Shown in pieces: positions 21,208-23,388 of a DNA stretch of 23,388 nucleotides. Below the pieces are notes generated by a model. The model was given only the letters and a program-made list of their open reading frames with translations. It was not told the origin of the DNA and made no database searches. The stretch comes from a virus. How positions within the stretch are numbered: position 1 is the stretch's first letter; each line of letters starts with the position of its first letter. Location: IMG/VR virus record IMGVR_UViG_3300033171_000144, positions 1 to 23,388 of that record. One strand, written 5' to 3'. Both the position numbers and the translations under genes were made by a program.

Positions 21208-23042
21208 CAGGACCACCCCTTGATATCGGTCTTCCGGATCTGCCACGCTTCAAGAGCGGTCTTCAACCGAGAGTAGGCCTGCTTATCGAGCTCTATCCCG
21301 GTACCCGCCCCGCTTGTAGCGGCGACGCCCCCCCACCAGCCTATATGTGTGATCTCCTCGCCCGCAGCCTCGGAAGCGTCGATCATCGTTACCGTCACAA
21401 TTTCGTTGGTCCCGGCTTCATAACCCTCGATGGTAGTCACGGCCTTACGGAAAACCTCGCCTCCGGAATCGTAGAGGGCGCAATACTTCACCCGGTCCGA
21501 CTCGTCGAAACTCGGATAGGTGGCGCCGTCTGGAACCTCACCAGAGTCCGGGTAGATGTCGTTGAAGAGGTTTGGATCGTCCAATACGGTCCATGTCTTC
21601 GAGAAGCTCAACATCCTGATGAGGAGCTGGGAACCAGACGCCGATTTCTTGATCTCACCGAGCTTCGAGGACATGAGCTTTGCGAAGAACTTCTGCCACG
21701 AATCGCCGACTGGTCCGCTCACGGCTTCGACCTCGTACCAGATGTAGCCGTGCTCCTCGGAGATATCGACCTCCTGAACGAGCATCTCCTCGGCGGCAAA
21801 CCCGTGCTCGGTCATCGTGACCTCGATGAGCTGGCCCGCCTCCAGCCCCTCTTTTCGAGTCATGAAAGCGAGCGTGGCCCCATCCATGGCGAACTTTTCG
21901 AGCTTCGCGGCGGCGACGTCCTCGGCCTGGCTATGGTTCTGGACCTCCGGCATCACGGCTACAGACTCGACGTAGCCCGTTGTGAGCTCTTTCGCCTGCC
22001 GATCGTTGACCGCTGAGGTATCCTCTGAGACGGCTATGACGTCATAGAGGCCGATGTAGATGATCTCCAGAACGTCTTCGGAAGTGAGACGATCCCCGGC
22101 GGCGTCCTGGTTGATGTTGGTCTGCTGTTCGGCATAGTACCAATCTGCCCCGGTGTCTCCTCGGAGTCCGACGGTTTTGGCTACGTCGTTGACCTTGATG
22201 CTTATTATCTCTTTGACTGGATAGGCGAGGGAGAAGGTCGACTGCTGGCCGTCACCGGTGAAGTACTCGGTCTGCGGAGAGGTCGCTGCCTGACCTCCTA
22301 TGACGTACTGGCGGTTGCGGTACTCTTCGGATGACCTCTCGACCTTCACAGATTCTGCGATCATGTCGGCGTCGGTGGGGTTCCAGGGGGCGACGTTGGA
22401 TCCTCGGGCCATGAAATGAAGCTGCTTGTACCGGTCGATCCACCAAGTGAAGCCTGCCTGCTCGGCCAGCTCGTCCATCGCCTCGGATACCGTCACATAG
22501 GCGAGGATGGTCTCGGTGATCGTCGGGCCGTCCTCGATGGTTCCGGCTGTGATCCCCTCGGCCACCAGGTACTCGTCGATCAGGTCTTCGACGATATCTC
22601 CGGCCAACGTGTCTTCGGCTGAGTATGCCACCACCCGCTTGTCCGCCAGATAGTGATTGTCGACACACTCGACGGTGTGGAGTAGCATCCCGGTTCCGGG
22701 CTCCAGAAACTCTTCCACCGAGTCGATGAACCCCGTGAAAAGGACGGCTCCATAGAGGTCGGTCACTTCCACCCTCATCGACTGCGAAAACGCGAATGCA
22801 GCGGTGGTATCTACCACGATGAAACTACACTGTGACCGCTCTTCCAGGACGTCTTCAACGATGAACGACCCGGACTTAATGTAGGTCTTCCATTCTCCGC
22901 CGTACTCTTCCATCAAGTCATCAAAGGTCTTCGTGAGTCCGAGGCTTTCGAAAGTCTCAGAGAGGCCGATGGTGGCAAAGGTGACGTCCGCCGGGGGGTT
23001 GCCTTCCCAGAGTTCAACGTCGTTGATGGTTACCAGCGGCAT
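21207..23042 (-). CDS. Tail tip hub / Tal-like baseplate protein
   Basis: 611 aa directly after the tape measure; LFTGFIDSV...VECVD, WWIDRYKQLHF, YRNRQYVIGG. Confidence 0.75.
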   Translation of the reverse strand: MPLVTINDVELWEGNPPADVTFATIGLSETFESLGLTKTFDDLMEEYGGEWKTYIKSGSFIVEDVLEERSQCSFIVVDTTAAFAFSQSMRVEVTDLYGAVLFTGFIDSVEEFLEPGTGMLLHTVECVDNHYLADKRVVAYSAEDTLAGDIVEDLIDEYLVAEGITAGTIEDGPTITETILAYVTVSEAMDELAEQAGFTWWIDRYKQLHFMARGSNVAPWNPTDADMIAESVKVERSSEEYRNRQYVIGGQAATSPQTEYFTGDGQQSTFSLAYPVKEIISIKVNDVAKTVGLRGDTGADWYYAEQQTNINQDAAGDRLTSEDVLEIIYIGLYDVIAVSEDTSAVNDRQAKELTTGYVESVAVMPEVQNHSQAEDVAAAKLEKFAMDGATLAFMTRKEGLEAGQLIEVTMTEHGFAAEEMLVQEVDISEEHGYIWYEVEAVSGPVGDSWQKFFAKLMSSKLGEIKKSASGSQLLIRMLSFSKTWTVLDDPNLFNDIYPDSGEVPDGATYPSFDESDRVKYCALYDSGGEVFRKAVTTIEGYEAGTNEIVTVTMIDASEAAGEEITHIGWWGGVAATSGAGTGIELDKQAYSRLKTALEAWQIRKTDIKGWS

Positions 23043-23388
23043 TAGTTCACCTTCGCATTCGTCCTGATCCTGATCGACTTCGCGGCCCTCGGCATGACAG
23101 CTTTGGCTATCTGGCGACTATCCATCTCGACGATGACCGTCACGTCACCACCGTTGCCGCCCTTATCGCCCCAGACCTCCTCGGGGATGATCGCCTCTCG
23201 GCGGCTGGGGTTATCGCCGACGACGGCGAGCTGGGGGCCGATAGCTACGCCGCCCTCGGCATAGCTGCCCCACGTCCCGTAGTTCGTCACGATTGCCTTT
23301 TGCGATTTGGGGGCGCTCTTCAGCCATCCAGATGAATATGAGAGTGATCCACCGGAGGATTTCGAGGTCGTGAGTTTCGTCGCAGCCC
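23042..23388 (-). CDS. C-terminus of the tape measure protein (partial; frame open to the window edge)
   Basis: YAEGGVAIGPQLAVVGD....EAIIP and VIVEMDSRQIAKAV are typical TMP C-terminal motifs; no upstream stop before 23388. Confidence 0.75.
   Translation of the reverse strand, partial: AATKLTTSKSSGGSLSYSSGWLKSAPKSQKAIVTNYGTWGSYAEGGVAIGPQLAVVGDNPSRREAIIPEEVWGDKGGNGGDVTVIVEMDSRQIAKAVMPRAAKSIRIRTNAKVN

Larger units (their letters stand above)
1..23388. mobile_element. Fragment of an archaeal head-tailed virus or provirus (Caudoviricetes, siphovirus-like)
   Basis: TerS, TerL, portal, head morphogenesis, tape measure, hub and fibre genes plus a primase-helicase; stop/start overlaps throughout; archaeal-type TATA boxes. 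No host genes or att junction in the window. Confidence 0.93.

Overview
A gene-dense fragment of a head-tailed (siphovirus-like) virus or provirus. The host is very probably an archaeon, and I infer a high-GC methanogen of the Methanotrichales/Methanosarcinales type. Evidence: TATA/BRE promoters, a PriS/PriL-type primase, an ERCC4 nuclease, several ribbon-helix-helix regulators and a methanogen-style glutaredoxin. Left arm (1-10.8 kb, mostly + strand): ERCC4-(HhH)2 nuclease, two divergent control regions headed by RHH genes, an M.EcoGII-like adenine methyltransferase, a PD-(D/E)xK nuclease, a 1056-aa PriS-PriL(FeS)-SF3 helicase fusion with an iteron-rich putative origin inside its 3' end, a glutaredoxin and two wHTH regulators. 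Right arm (minus strand, read from the right): tape-measure C-terminus, tail hub, three paralogous collar-type fibres with unrelated tip loops, an S74-chaperone fibre, then terS-terL-portal-head morphogenesis interleaved with small Zn-finger, glutaredoxin and HTH genes. The two most unusual unannotated signals are (i) two near-identical 28-bp 11-6-11 palindromes in inverted orientation that bracket the displaced packaging module, and (ii) a roughly 165-nt structured RNA candidate just inside that bracket, with a T-loop, a possible pseudoknot, duplicated linkers and SD-like motifs. No major capsid protein, integrase, reverse transcriptase, CRISPR array or tRNA is visible. All family calls come from motif recognition, not database searches.
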